Below, in pieces: positions 47,201-58,579 of a DNA stretch of 64,000 nucleotides (within the stretch, counting starts at the first letter, position 1; every line of letters starts with the position of its first letter). The translations under genes were made by a program, and so were the position numbers. The notes under the pieces are model-generated. The model made no database searches, was not told the DNA's origin, and saw only the letters and a program-made list of their open reading frames with translations. The DNA lies in assembly GCA_000708835.1 (NCBI GenBank), contig DF236984.1, positions 228,384 through 292,383 of the forward strand. Direction: 5' to 3'. Source of the DNA: Klebsormidium nitens. Taxonomy: Eukaryota; Plantae; Klebsormidiophyceae.

Positions 47201-50200
47201 CTACTGAAGGAAGTGAAGAGGAAAATGGTTCGAGACTTTCTTTCTCTCAAGGGTGTCTTCCTGGAACTTATGCAGGCTGGGAACCGATCCAACAGCCGAC
47301 CCCGCTTTCCTGTTCAGCCTTCTGCCTAGATGCACAGCCCTGGCCACGCAGCAGCTCGATCTGGACGCCAAAACCCCTGAGGTCTTCGACAAGTACTACT
47401 TCCAGGTGAGACATGCGAATCTGCTCGAATGGACGCTCGGACCGATGGCACTGGAAGGTTGTAGAGCATGCAGTGTGAGGTCGTCTCTTCGACTTCTCCA
47501 TCCGCTCTTTGAAATATTCTGGCGTCCCTCTCTTCTGTTCTCCGCGACTTTGCTCACGCTGTTCGTTCTCTTGCCGCGCAGGGCCTGAAGGAAAAGAAGG
47601 CGATGTTGCAGACCGATCAAGAGCTCTACGAGAGCGAGGCAACGCATCCGTACGTCTTGGAGTGAGTCTTCTTCTGCCAATCACTTTTTTGTACGATGCG
47701 AGGATGTCCTCCAATCTTGGGTAGCAGAAACATTCCCCGTCTGCATCACAGGATGCGAAATTGTTTGCTGGCTCTTTGTCAGGGCCTTTACTGAAGACTA
47801 CACCTGTTTGCAGTCCTAAGAAGGTTTTGCCTTGAATGAAGGTACAACCTGCGTGACCTTCTCTAGACCTTCTTTGGATCCGCTCACAGGGGGCTGCAGC
47901 GGAGTGACGCAAGCCCTCCTTAGTATTCTCGTGGTTTGGTCTGTTCTTGAGCATATTTGAGGATCCTCGTCGCCAATTTGTGGTGCAGATACGTGGCCAA
48001 CCAAACAATGTTCTTTCGGCGGTTCCAGGCCAGCCTCCTCAGGCTTAGCATGGTCGGGATCATGCCCGATCGCTTGTCGCCTCCGATCGAGCATCGTGAC
48101 GACATCAACTTCACCGGTAAGCAATGGCAGCGTTCCTATGTCATTGCGTCAGACCAGTGATGCATTCTTGTTTAGCAAGACGCGTTATCGGGCAGGATCA
48201 CCATCCAGGTATTCAGCTTACCTGGTTTTCCTTTCAGCTTCACATTAACCGGAAGCCAGCTCAATCGGCACTAACCACAAAGGAGTGCATACATTTTCTT
48301 CACTTCACGCGGTGTATTCGATGTCCTTGGGGCTCAACCTCTCGCGTGCATTTCTCAAATCGGCCTCTCTTGTATGCCAAGCACTTGAGTTGACTGGCCT
48401 TTCTCGGCTCCTTTCTATCTGCAGTTCCAATCGAGGCATCCTTCACCCTCTTCCGGCCGTCAGCGCTCGTTCGCAACAACATCTACACGTTGCAGGCGGA
48501 GCTCAACCAGCAGTTGGCCACACCCAACACCTCGGTAAGCTTCTTTAACCGCAGAATCCTGGTTACACGTTCAAAGGCTTCTATCACGCTGGGAAGCCCG
48601 CAAGCTTTTGCAGACCGGCTACAGCCTGCCAGGGTCAACTTGCCGATTAGTGACGCGTCAACAAACTTTGGCCCAGGTATAAAACATGGCCGCAGCAACC
48701 AAAACGTTCTGTACCCTAGTCTCACTCAATTCCAACAAAAGCGAGGTCATGCAACCGACAGGAAGGGCCTCAGGGTTTTTTCACCGTTTGATAATATGCG
48801 CGCACTTTTCAGCTTTTGTAGTAACATTTCTTCACGAACGAGATTCCGTCAACCGCAGGCTGTCGTCACGTCTGTCCTGGACGACGTCTCCGTTCCGGGC
48901 CAGTCGGTGGTTCGCTTCTGGATCGTTCCGCTTCCGCTGTACCACAAGCGGAGCGGCATCCCGTACGACGAGCTGATAACCGTTCTTGCTGGACTCAACC
49001 AGACCGCAGTCGACCCAAGCAAGCTTCAGCTAGACGACACCTTTTTTGGTCCGCCGCAGAACTTCCAGGTGAGACTCGAGAACTTTGGAGTCTGTGATCA
49101 AAACGCATCGAGAGGGTTGGAGCCTAGAGCTGGCCACACCTTCAAATGAAGAAATCTGTATGTAGCCTTACGGTCAGACCAGGCACACTTCCCGTCCAGA
49201 TGTCCAGAATTTGTAAGTACGACGAAAGATACCGAGCCAGATTGTTCCAGTGGTTCCGCCACGTCAATCTGTTTGAGATGAGACACGGAAGTTCGTTTTC
49301 GACTCCTCTGACGACAGAAAATCCGTGTGCCGCTTTGTTGCAAGCCTGATGGTAAGCTTTACAGTTGGCCTTGTGCAACTGTCCCTCGCACTCGAAGCCA
49401 GTTTTCCCAGCTTACGCGTCCCTTTTTCGCCTCTCGGAACGCATTGCCATGTCACCAATCACCGGTGCGGATACTGCAAAATGCTCAAAACGTCCGTTCG
49501 TGCCGAATTCTTCTTCAATTTTCCTTTCAGGTCGTCTCTTTCCCGATCAACACCACTTTCCCAGTTTCCTCGGGAGGTCCTGACGTGAGCGCCTACGTCA
49601 CGGAGCCCCTCGACTTCGCAAACTTCACCCTGCAAAGGAGGCCCGCCTCACAGCGGGATCTCTTCGCTTCCCAAATAAGCGCCGCGCTCCGCGTGCGGCC
49701 GAGCGAATCTTTATCAGTCTCCCTCCAAAGCCCGTCTGAAGTTCAGACGGTTGTAACGCTGTCCGTCAGGCAGACTGGCAGCGTCGATTTTGTAGCAGCG
49801 AGAGTAGCGGAGTTGCAAAGCGCAGCCGCAGCGGCTCTAGATCGGGGCCTTCTTTTCAGCCCCGCCATTTTCGGTTTTGCGGAAGGCAGTCAAGCGGCTC
49901 GCGACGCGGAGCAACCGCCGACCGTGGCACCGGGACCAATTGCTAGCATTGCTAGCATTGCTAGCCCCTCTCAGGCTAGCAATGCCACATCAGCCGAGGG
50001 AGACGACACGTCAGCGGAGGAAGAGGACACGTCAGCGCTGCGTGACGTGGCGTCCGAGAAGCACTCGGGGGTCAAGGAAGTCAACTTTACGTTTGGTATC
50101 ATGGCTGTTCTCGTGGGGCTGGGTGGCGCGGCCGCGTTTGTGCTCCACTGGCGCGCGACGCGGGCGGCCGCGCAGAAGAAGCAACCGGAGGAGTCCGGCG

Positions 50201-50220
50201 AAGGCGAGCAAGGCAAGTAG
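44287..50220 (+). CDS. Class III-like heme peroxidase fused to DUF7036-like repeats and a C-terminal transmembrane helix (type I membrane protein). Exons 44287-44367, 44675-44777, 45005-45100, 45430-45500, 45758-45820, 46048-46167, 46341-46395, 46857-46935, 47276-47405, 47582-47661, 47989-48116, 48425-48534, 48859-49068, 49531-50220
   Basis: Signal peptide MKTNTWVCSALGLLLATLSLLCLLTTQ; distal motif FLRLIFHDC; GGCNGSI; GGPD...GRRD; proximal motif DLVALSGAHTIGKATC; DLDAKTPEVFDKYYF; MLQTDQEL. These are followed by IEASFTLFRPSALV...LQLDDTFFGPPQNFQVVSFP and the TM segment FGIMAVLVGLGGAAAFVLHW. All exon phases are consistent. Confidence 0.88.
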
Positions 50221-51660
50221 AGCTTTCGGACGTTTGCGTTGAAAAGATTTCAGAAGCTCTGCATGGGAATTTCGAAGTGACATACTGTCAAAGTCAGCCC
50301 GTTTCCTCTGTTCACGGTAATCTGATCAGCCAGGTCTCACTAAAGTCCAGGATCCGCTCGCTTTCCTTTGCAGTGTGAAACCATTGTCTGCACGTTTCCT
50401 GGGTACGGGTCCCTCGAAGTGTCAAGCTGCCACGTACAAAAGACTTACAGCTTGCATCCCCTCTTTTTACTGCAGAGCCGCTGCGGAGAGAAATGGATGA
50501 CTTGTCAAAAACCAGGTCGACTTAGGGGCTCGTTATACTCAAGCACGCTGGTCATAGAAGGACGCTCGTACGGTCCCATTCAGTCAAGTGCAACTCGACT
50601 GCCTCGACGTTACACATTTGGATTAATAGAGCATTGCGGAACGCCGCGGATCAGATTGCAGTTCAATTTTCAGATCGAGCGTGATTACGAGATGCCACGA
50701 TAATCAGACAGCTACTCAGGACATTCCTGTGATGTATTCTACAGTAGACAGTCTTCTGACGGAAATAGACGGCGCTTACTTCGGCAGTCTGGTACGCATC
50801 CAAGCCAGCCTGAGTCGAACGTTTCGGAGACTGAGAACTTTCATTTGGAAAGAGCTCATTGTAAGCAAGTGTCAAACTTAAGCCTGCATCAGCCTTTGAT
50901 TTGGACATCAGCACACATATGCTGCCCGGAAGCTACTGGTTACTTCTCAGTATTCATGATCATTTTGAAAGGAGAACATCATCATGACTATGAGAATTCA
51001 ACAATCTGGTTAATTCTATGCCGGCTTTAGAATCGATCGAGATTTGCGTGCGCAGAGTTAGATAGACTGCATGCATGACCCAATTATCAAATTCAAACGT
51101 GGTCAGATTTCAATACAATCACTGCCACGTACTGAGCCTTTGAGGCGATACAATAAATTCCATAATTCTGGGGGGCATCAGCTCAACGGTCTGTTCATAC
51201 TTATCATTCCGCCTATCACCGGAGGCCGCGGGCCGCTTCTTCTCATGGGTGATCAATTGGCATGGTCTTCCAAATGTTGCTGAACTTCGCATTTGGTCTT
51301 CACATATAGTATCTATTTTGGCGGCGGCACTGCGAGACCGGTAACGGATAGAGAAAGCAAGTATTTTTAATTGCGTGTTTCTTTGCATTGGCAGATCCCA
51401 TCAGTACAAAGTAAAGCCATTTCAATGTGTATGGCCGGCCGTTGCGGAGCCGCTAAGGCTCGATCGAGCGGCTCTTAGTGCGGATTCGATAAGAAGTTGA
51501 CATATTAACCTCCCTACAGTGCGCAATCAACGGTCGAAACTTGGGGTCGATCACCAGCTTTACTTCTCGACGACAAGGCTCGATTGACACCCACTTAACA
51601 AAGTACCTAAAATCTGCTAGCGTCACGTTGATTCTCAATCATGTCGTCCTGTTGTAGGCC

Positions 51661-54406
51661 TCAAAGCCTATCTGGTGGTTCATTGGCGATCTCACTTGCT
51701 TCGTCTCTTTCCACATGCGATGAAACTTCGTCTCCATCTCCATCATCCAAAGCGGCTAGCTTATCCCTTACATTGGCTAGCAAAGTGTCCATTTCCTCCC
51801 CCCTTGATCTAAAACCCCTCCCTTCTAGTTCCAATAATGCCTCCTCGCTCTCGTTCGTTGGCCTCACCACCCGAAACTCCACCTCAAATGGACCGCTCGC
51901 GTTACACAGCCCGTATAACTGGTCATAGTTTGTGATCCAGTGAAATAAACACGAACCGGCTGCCATCTGGGCTCCGTACGAGTTGAGCTCGATGAGCTCG
52001 ACGGACAGATCTGGACGGCAGAAAACGTCCGCGCAAAAATCGGACGGCAGGTCCAAGCTCAGCTGGTCGTTCTGCTCCCGGATGTCGCCCACCAGGCGCG
52101 CGATGTTGTGCGCGATCGTGGGCAGGGCGTGCTCGCGCGCGCTCCATCCACAGTCCTCTGTCCCTGCCGCAAAGCAAAGACGTTTCGCGAAAGAACAAAG
52201 AGGGCGAAGCTGGCCCGGAGTCTTGGTCATCATCTTCGGCTGTACCTTTGCGAAGCTTTGACCAAGAGCAGGTTCAGAAGATCTCCTTCCGTTTCTGAAT
52301 CGCCGCGGTGATCGAAGTCCTCTTCGCTTTTTCAGTGTGAAGTTACACAGCGGGCAGAGTATTGAACGGTCCGTTGCGGCGTCCGTTGCTTCAAGAGGTA
52401 CATATCCCTCTTGAAAAGGGCAGAAGCGTCGAGCAAACATTCAAGGACGCACACAATTTTGTGCAGATCGGAGTGGGCCCCCACAGACTCACATGACAGC
52501 TGGCCAATGCCCAAGATTTGAGTGCCTTCGCGTGGCCTTCGCATCGACTTTTTCAGTGTAGAAGAGTTGAGATTTCAGATGTTGCAAACATATCGAAAAC
52601 CTGTTCTTACATTTCCCGCAACTAGGGAAAGGAGAGAGAGTAGTCCGTCTTAAAGAGGTCGCCGGGCTATTTGAAGAGCTCTCGTCCGATCAATCTTTAC
52701 CATCTCGGCAGGGACTCATTTGATTGATGAGTACCGGGCACTCACAGTTGTACTGCGAAATCGCAGTGACGCGCCAGTCTCTGACGAACGCCCGGAACTC
52801 CCGGTCTATGCTGATGTCATCGCGCCACGGCAGCAGGTACAGCGTCATGCTTATCCGCTCGCGCACCGCGCGCTTCAGAGTGTCACAGCAGCGGAGGCTT
52901 GTAACTAGAGCGATCAGCACGTCCATCGGCGTATGGAAAGGGCCTGGCAAGGAGATGCAGTCACCAATTAGCACCACGATTTGTGTAGGTGTCCAGCTGT
53001 TAGACGTGCTGAATAACAGGGAAGAGCCATGGGCGTCAGTCGAAGCTTGCGTAGTTAAAGTTGGTCAGTCCGTGGAACCGGTCGAACACTCTTTACTGCC
53101 TTTGGGCTTTAAACATATGCCAGATCAATCAACGAGAGAGGATGTATGATGGAAACGCAGCATATCTTCATGTTGAAGCTTACTGCGCCAGCACCAACTA
53201 CCAAAGCAGTCCGTTCCACATTCGAAAGCATGTTCAACACACTTTCACCTGGCTCACAAAGAGCTTCTGTTCCTGTAAATAAGGCACGCTGCTCACCAAC
53301 TCCCCCGCTGCCTCCTTTCGTACTGCAGGAATCCAACCGGGCAAAGTAGGGTGGTCGGGGCATGGCCATCCGGCCAGCGATGCACTCAATCTCCTCTCGG
53401 TGGGACTCGGGCAGCCGCAGGGTGAGCGCACCTGAGAGCGTAAGGAAGAGTTCAGCATTCCAGTAACTCATAAACAGGTCCTTACTACGCGGACGTTCTG
53501 TAAGGGATTGAGAGAAAGGTTCATAGAATTGTGCACATCGATATCGTCGCGATTCATGCAGCTGAGGCCCTCACTTTTTTCCTGAATGCAGAACGGATCA
53601 TAACACGGCTCACACTGGCAGTAGCGTGCATGTTTACGCCAAGATTCGTCTTGCGGCGCGTTGCATTCATCCCCAAGGCCGCAACTTTGACGAGCTTGCA
53701 AGATATTGCTGATTGAATCATCGACATGCACAAACATCTGCTCAGGCCGCAATTCAGGCCAATAAACTCCTTGATTGACTTGCCGTACAACTAAAGTATT
53801 CCCTGCGCTAGCAGCTCAAAGTGGTTTGTAACATTCAGCAAAAAGACTTGGGCACGGGAGACATGTTGTCAAGCTCACTAGCAATTAGTAGTCTAGTGAA
53901 CTTTGATTCAGGATGTTCGTTTAGGGTCCGCTCAAGTGTCCCTGGTACCAAATTGGAGGACTACGCGCGCACGTCACATGGTCACAGATTCTATTTTTGG
54001 GACGCGAGTCTAGCAACAAAAGGCTTACTAGTGGGAATTTGGGGAATCCTCTCTCTATGCGACCAGCAAAACCAGCTTCGAAGCACTCAGAGCAATGCAG
54101 CGGATCAAGAAGCGTGCGCGATAATTCACCAGACATCCCCGCCTCGCAGATCGTCTGGCAATCTACCGATGTCAGCTCCAACTCCGTCTCGTGCTCCAGC
54201 TTCTTCAGGGCTTTCCACCGGCTGTAATGCGTCCTCGCCATAATACGCCTGTACTCCTCGGGGTACTCTACCGGGCGCTCGTCGCGGCCTCGCGGCAGCT
54301 GGTGCGCGGGGTGGTTGTTGGTGTCAAACGCCCGGGGGTTGTACTCGACATCGCACAAAGGTATGGTGAAGATGCGGACGTCCATCTTCTCACCGTAAGC
54401 GTCCAT
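51661..54406 (-). CDS. CDC123/D123-like (R2K-clade) ATP-grasp protein, about 370 aa. Exons 54406-54130, 53431-53297, 52943-52746, 52163-51661
   Basis: Motifs YFARLDSCSTK, GPFHTPMDVLIALVTSLR, LYLLPW...DREFRAFV...VTAISQY and VELIELNSYGAQMAAGSCLFHW...LYG...VEFR. GT-AG introns are in phase. Confidence 0.8.
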
Positions 54407-54727
54407 CAGCGACGAGCTCTTGATTCCTTTCGAAACCTTGCGCGCAATGGCGTCGAACTGATGAAAGAGAACCTACGTATGTTTGTTCAGAAGTAGAGCA
54501 GTACAGCAGCTTCGCAGCGGCACTATTTGAAGCAGATACCCTTCAGGAGTTCTGTATTATATTCAGACATGCGATTTGCTTGACATCAATCTCGTGACGT
54601 TACGGTAACGTACTGGTTGATCCCGACGGGGGGCTGGCTCGATCGTCCGCTCGCGGCGCCGCGTGCGCGCATGAAATTGAGATGCGCGACCGGGCCGGCG
54701 GGGTTTGCAGAGGGTTTGTACTACAGT

Positions 54728-54737
54728 CTATATATTT
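54728..54737 (+). promoter_or_regulatory. TATA-like element upstream of the tRNA pair
   Basis: CTATATATTT lies about 40-50 nt upstream of tRNA-Arg(CCT), as is common for plant Pol III genes. Confidence 0.35.
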
Positions 54738-54776
54738 TGGACCCCTTAACGAGTGATTCCGAGCAGTCGCTCTGGA

Positions 54777-54849
54777 GGTCCTGTTGCACAGTGGATAGTG
54801 CGTACGCTTCCTAAGCGCAAGGTCGCTGGTTCGATCCCAGCCAGGATCG
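54777..54849 (+). tRNA. tRNA-Arg, anticodon CCT
   Basis: 73-nt cloverleaf: acceptor stem GGTCCTG/CAGGATC, D stem GCAC/GTGC, anticodon arm TACGC-TTCCTAA-GCGCA (one A-C mismatch), T arm GCTGG-TTCGATC-CCAGC. Confidence 0.9.
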
Positions 54850-54870
54850 GACTGGGGCAATCCTTAGAAA

Positions 54871-54943
54871 GGTCTTGTTGCACAGTGGATAGTGCGTTCG
54901 CTTCCGAAGCGAAAGGTCGCTGGTTCGACCCCAGCCAAGATCG
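54871..54943 (+). tRNA. tRNA-Arg, anticodon CCG
   Basis: 73-nt cloverleaf: acceptor stem GGTCTTG/CAAGATC, perfect anticodon arm TTCGC-TTCCGAA-GCGAA, T arm GCTGG-TTCGACC-CCAGC, and TTTT 8 nt downstream. Confidence 0.93.
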
Positions 54944-55849
54944 CCCTCTGTTTTCTGCATTCTGCGCACTGCACACTGGTCGTCGGCGCATGCTTTCTCT
55001 TGCCGCCTTCCCTTTTACTGGTTCGTTCCTCAAAAATTCGCTCATCAAGAACGAGAGCAATCTGGGCGCAACAGGTAAGCTCCAGCTTTAAAGTTAGATG
55101 CTTTCTGTGAGCTGCGCTGCTCGATGACAATGGTGGTGGGGGCACCCTTTTCTATTCTCTTTGCCCCCTTATCGAAGAGGGCATCTGATTGCAAAGTGCA
55201 TCTGATTGAGTAACAAAACTCAGCCCCCAGCAAAGTGGTAGTCAACAAGGGGTGGTGAAGCAAACCTTTACCACTGGCGCTTGCTTGCAGGTAGCCCTAT
55301 ATCTCTTTTCGACCATAAAGCGCTGTGCACACGGCTGCAGAACTCTGACTCGAGCGAAGTTAGGTGTCTTCTCGGACTTTTCAGTTTTAGGGTTTCAATT
55401 CTTTCATCCGCTCTATTCGCAATGCTGCGAGCTTTATGTGAAGCTGCTGCCTTCTTCCTCTGTTTCTTCTTCTTGCAGAGTTAGGGCTGAAACAAGATCT
55501 GGGCAGGAGGGCGTTGATCAAAAGCACGCTGCTAAGCTGATTTGTTGTCTACCAGAGGCGCTGCAGAAAATTATTGGGAGGAAGCCAGAGCAAGACGGTG
55601 AAGTTTAGAAATCACAAGAGAAGCGGGCAGAAATCGATCTTTAGAAGAGTGCTGAAAGGAGGCAGCGCTTGGCCGCGCCAGCGCTTCAAATCAGCGTGTG
55701 TTAGAGGCGCACGCCTGGGCTCGCCCTTCTTGGGCGGAGCTGAAGAACCACTGTGCAGTCTTATCAGCGAGCATCCGAAGGTTGAAAGGGTTTTGGAGGG
55801 TTTGGGGTTTGGACTATTGGAGGATCGGGGATTGGGGGTTTCAAGCGGC

Positions 55850-56928
55850 ATGTCGTATGACGAGGTGGAGATCGAGGATATGCAGTGGAGCGATGACCTC
55901 AGCGCCTTCACCTACCCGTGCCCGTGCGGGGACCTCTTCCAGATCACCCTGGTAAGTTCGGTTGTGCGCTCCAATCCTGCCCTTGGAGATATCATGATGA
56001 GCGTGTGGAAAGAGTTTCATTCATCATCAATTGTGGCTTCGAGGTGCTGGTTGCACTGATATCCAACGCTGTGCTTTCCTGAGTTACTGCACAAGTTCGA
56101 GTAATGCTGCATCCATAGACTTCTCAAGTGCTTCTACACGTAGCGTGTCGTTCAGCAGATTGCCGCCAGATTGTCATGCCCTGCCAACTTTGTTTGCAGG
56201 ACGAGCTGAAGACCGGGGAGGAGATTGCCCGGTGTCCAAGCTGCTCTCTGTACATCACAGTCATCTACAACCCGGTCAGTGACAAACCTTGATGGTTACG
56301 CTGAGGCCTGCTGTTGCTTTTCATTTTGAGGAGATGTGCTTCGTTTTGCCAACTAGGGGCTTGGTCGGTTGTTTTGTAGAAAGGGTATTACGGTCAGAAC
56401 ATGTTCGCCACTTGTGGGAGATATACCGGTCTGGTTGGCTTGCGGGACGTGTTAGGGAATGATGGGTCGAGGCTTTTTGGGCTGAGCTGATCTGGTCCTT
56501 GCAGAAGTATTTCAGTCAAAAGTTCAGGAACGTAGTTTTCACAAAAGGCTTCTGTTCCTTGTCGTGCTTAGCGTCACTAATATGTAGGGCACCAGAACGG
56601 ATGTCAACAGAACTAGTCGCATGGTCACATATTTCTTTCAGCTCGGGCCAAGTTGCATTTGTGCGCTCTGTCTAATCTCGTTGATTGTCTGTGCTTGTAC
56701 CTGTACGCTCGAGCAGCTGTTCATATGTTGCGCCATCGCCACCAGAGATTCGGAAGGGAGTTCCGAAAGCCAAAGATGGACTAAAGAAATGAAACAAAAG
56801 CTGCTTGCCTTACCTGCCGCTAGTTCGGAGATGCTGAAGTTGTCGTTTCCTCTTGAACGCAGGAGGATTTTGAGGAGCCGCCAGCCACGGAGGACACGAG
56901 GATACCCCAGCAAGTAGAGGTATCCTAG
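55850..56928 (+). CDS. DPH3: Diphthamide biosynthesis protein 3 / KTI11 (CSL zinc finger). Exons 55850-55951, 56200-56274, 56863-56928
   Basis: [13 protein letters not shown]...[15 protein letters not shown]|[25 protein letters not shown]|EDF...: a diagnostic CSL zinc ribbon. Confidence 0.95.
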
Positions 56929-58579
56929 ATTCTGACATGTGGGCCCCCCGCAGCGACTGCGAATCAATCTGACCGTCAATCTGTCGTCGATGGATATTAA
57001 ATGCGCGTCATCGTTATCATTCTCCTGGGAGTTCAAGCGGGCGTGGCAAGTGATTCGCTGATCGCCGCAGCAGTGAGTGATCGAGTCATAGGACATTCGT
57101 TGTCAGATTCTCATTCGATCAGAGTCAATCGAAAGCCGCTTTGTCATGAGTATGTCGCCGTGGTGGCATGGTAACCGGTTAGCCTGGGATGATAAAAACG
57201 TCGGCTACGGAGGGAGCATCTGAAGCGGCAGTTAGTAGTTCGTGAGTAGAGCTTGCAAGCATGCGTAGCAATAGCTTTGTTTCGTAAGGACTTAATCGTT
57301 CGATTCCGACAGCCGGTCGCGATCGCACAGGATTGGACTTTCAACGATATGCGAGAATGATTCGAGTTATGAGTTTTTGATCACGCAATCTCAAAGTTTG
57401 AGCTGAGTCAGCTAGCCTGGCGGCCCGTGCGATCAGCAACAAGTTTACTTACTGCATGAAAGAGACGATACATGGGTCGAGTAACTTACGATCGAAGCCC
57501 TTAACATTGCTCGGAAGCGTTGCAGGTTCTGCCTGTAATCATTCATTATAAGACTCGGACCAGGCTGACATGAAGAGCATGCAACTTAACTTATAAGCTA
57601 GGAGACTATAAAGAGTTGGATTGTGGTCGGACCGTTACAACTAGCTGCTTGCAAGTTGGTGACCGTACGGCGCTGCAATTAAAGGCCTCAGTGCAGCTGA
57701 GCGGCTGGCCCGCAGATTTCCGTCGGCGCGTGCTACTATAAGTGCGGCATGTGCAGTGCATATGACGGTTGGACTCGATCATACTCATTATATGAGTGCA
57801 AAACTGCACCATGCGTAGGATATGGCGCGCGCCGTTCAGCCAGCCTATGGGCCGGCCGCGGTCGGACCGGACCGGACGCGCTTAGTAGAGCATTTTTTGT
57901 TTGTAAGGCCACCGCGGATGAGCTGAGCCATGGCCGACGGACCGAGTGACATGCACTGCAAGCACATGTCACTATAGTTCGGCCAGTTGCACGTACAGAT
58001 TGAACTATGATTATAATCAATATTGGCAGCTATAGCTCCAGAATTCAATGAACATCAACGTACAGTGGTCACTGCGTGCGCCAGCGTATGTGTAGCAGGT
58101 CACTAGATAATATAAGACCTGAAGGCCCGCGTCGATACACTCTACACATGGTCTGCCAACGTGCATGATTGCATGCCAGCTTACTTAATCATAATCAGTT
58201 GTTGATACGCATGTCAGTCGCAGGCCGCCGGTGAGATCCGACCTGAGCCTGAAGATCCATGCCACATCGGGTATATGGCTTCCGGTAGAGGAAGTACCAT
58301 GCGTCTACCAATATTGAAGTTGCTGCATGCAGATCGTGCTCAGCTTGGATTGGTATCCACCACGTGCTGCCATGGTCACAAAAGGTGTTTAATTCGTGAG
58401 CGCCCGCCGAACACTCCTGCCAACTAAGAGATTGGGTACTTATCTAATTGACAGAATGCATTATTTTTTGACATCAAAGAGACTTTGGAAGGGTCGAAAA
58501 CACGTCTCAGCTACAATCACTTGAGGCTTTCACAACGCTTGACAATGCTGTACAGTGGGCCTATGAATCGGAGTACCTA

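Noticed and set aside
47268-48008. 246-aa minus-strand ORF
   Set aside because: It is antisense to peroxidase exons and introns, with no homology signal.
49938-50040. Short in-frame repeats (IAS x3, DTSA x2) in the peroxidase linker
   Set aside because: These are ordinary slippage repeats in a low-complexity spacer.
50674-50860. Orphan exon-like segment (TTTTCAG...GTAAGC)
   Set aside because: I found no partner exons or recognisable protein motif.
55574-55849. N-terminal extension of DPH3 in the ORF track
   Set aside because: It starts at TTG; the ATG at 55850 gives the canonical [11 protein letters not shown] start.
54777-56928. Functional link between the tRNA-Arg pair and adjacent DPH3/KTI11 (an Elongator cofactor)
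   Set aside because: Elongator modifies U34 tRNAs and both of these have C34, so the adjacency is probably coincidental.
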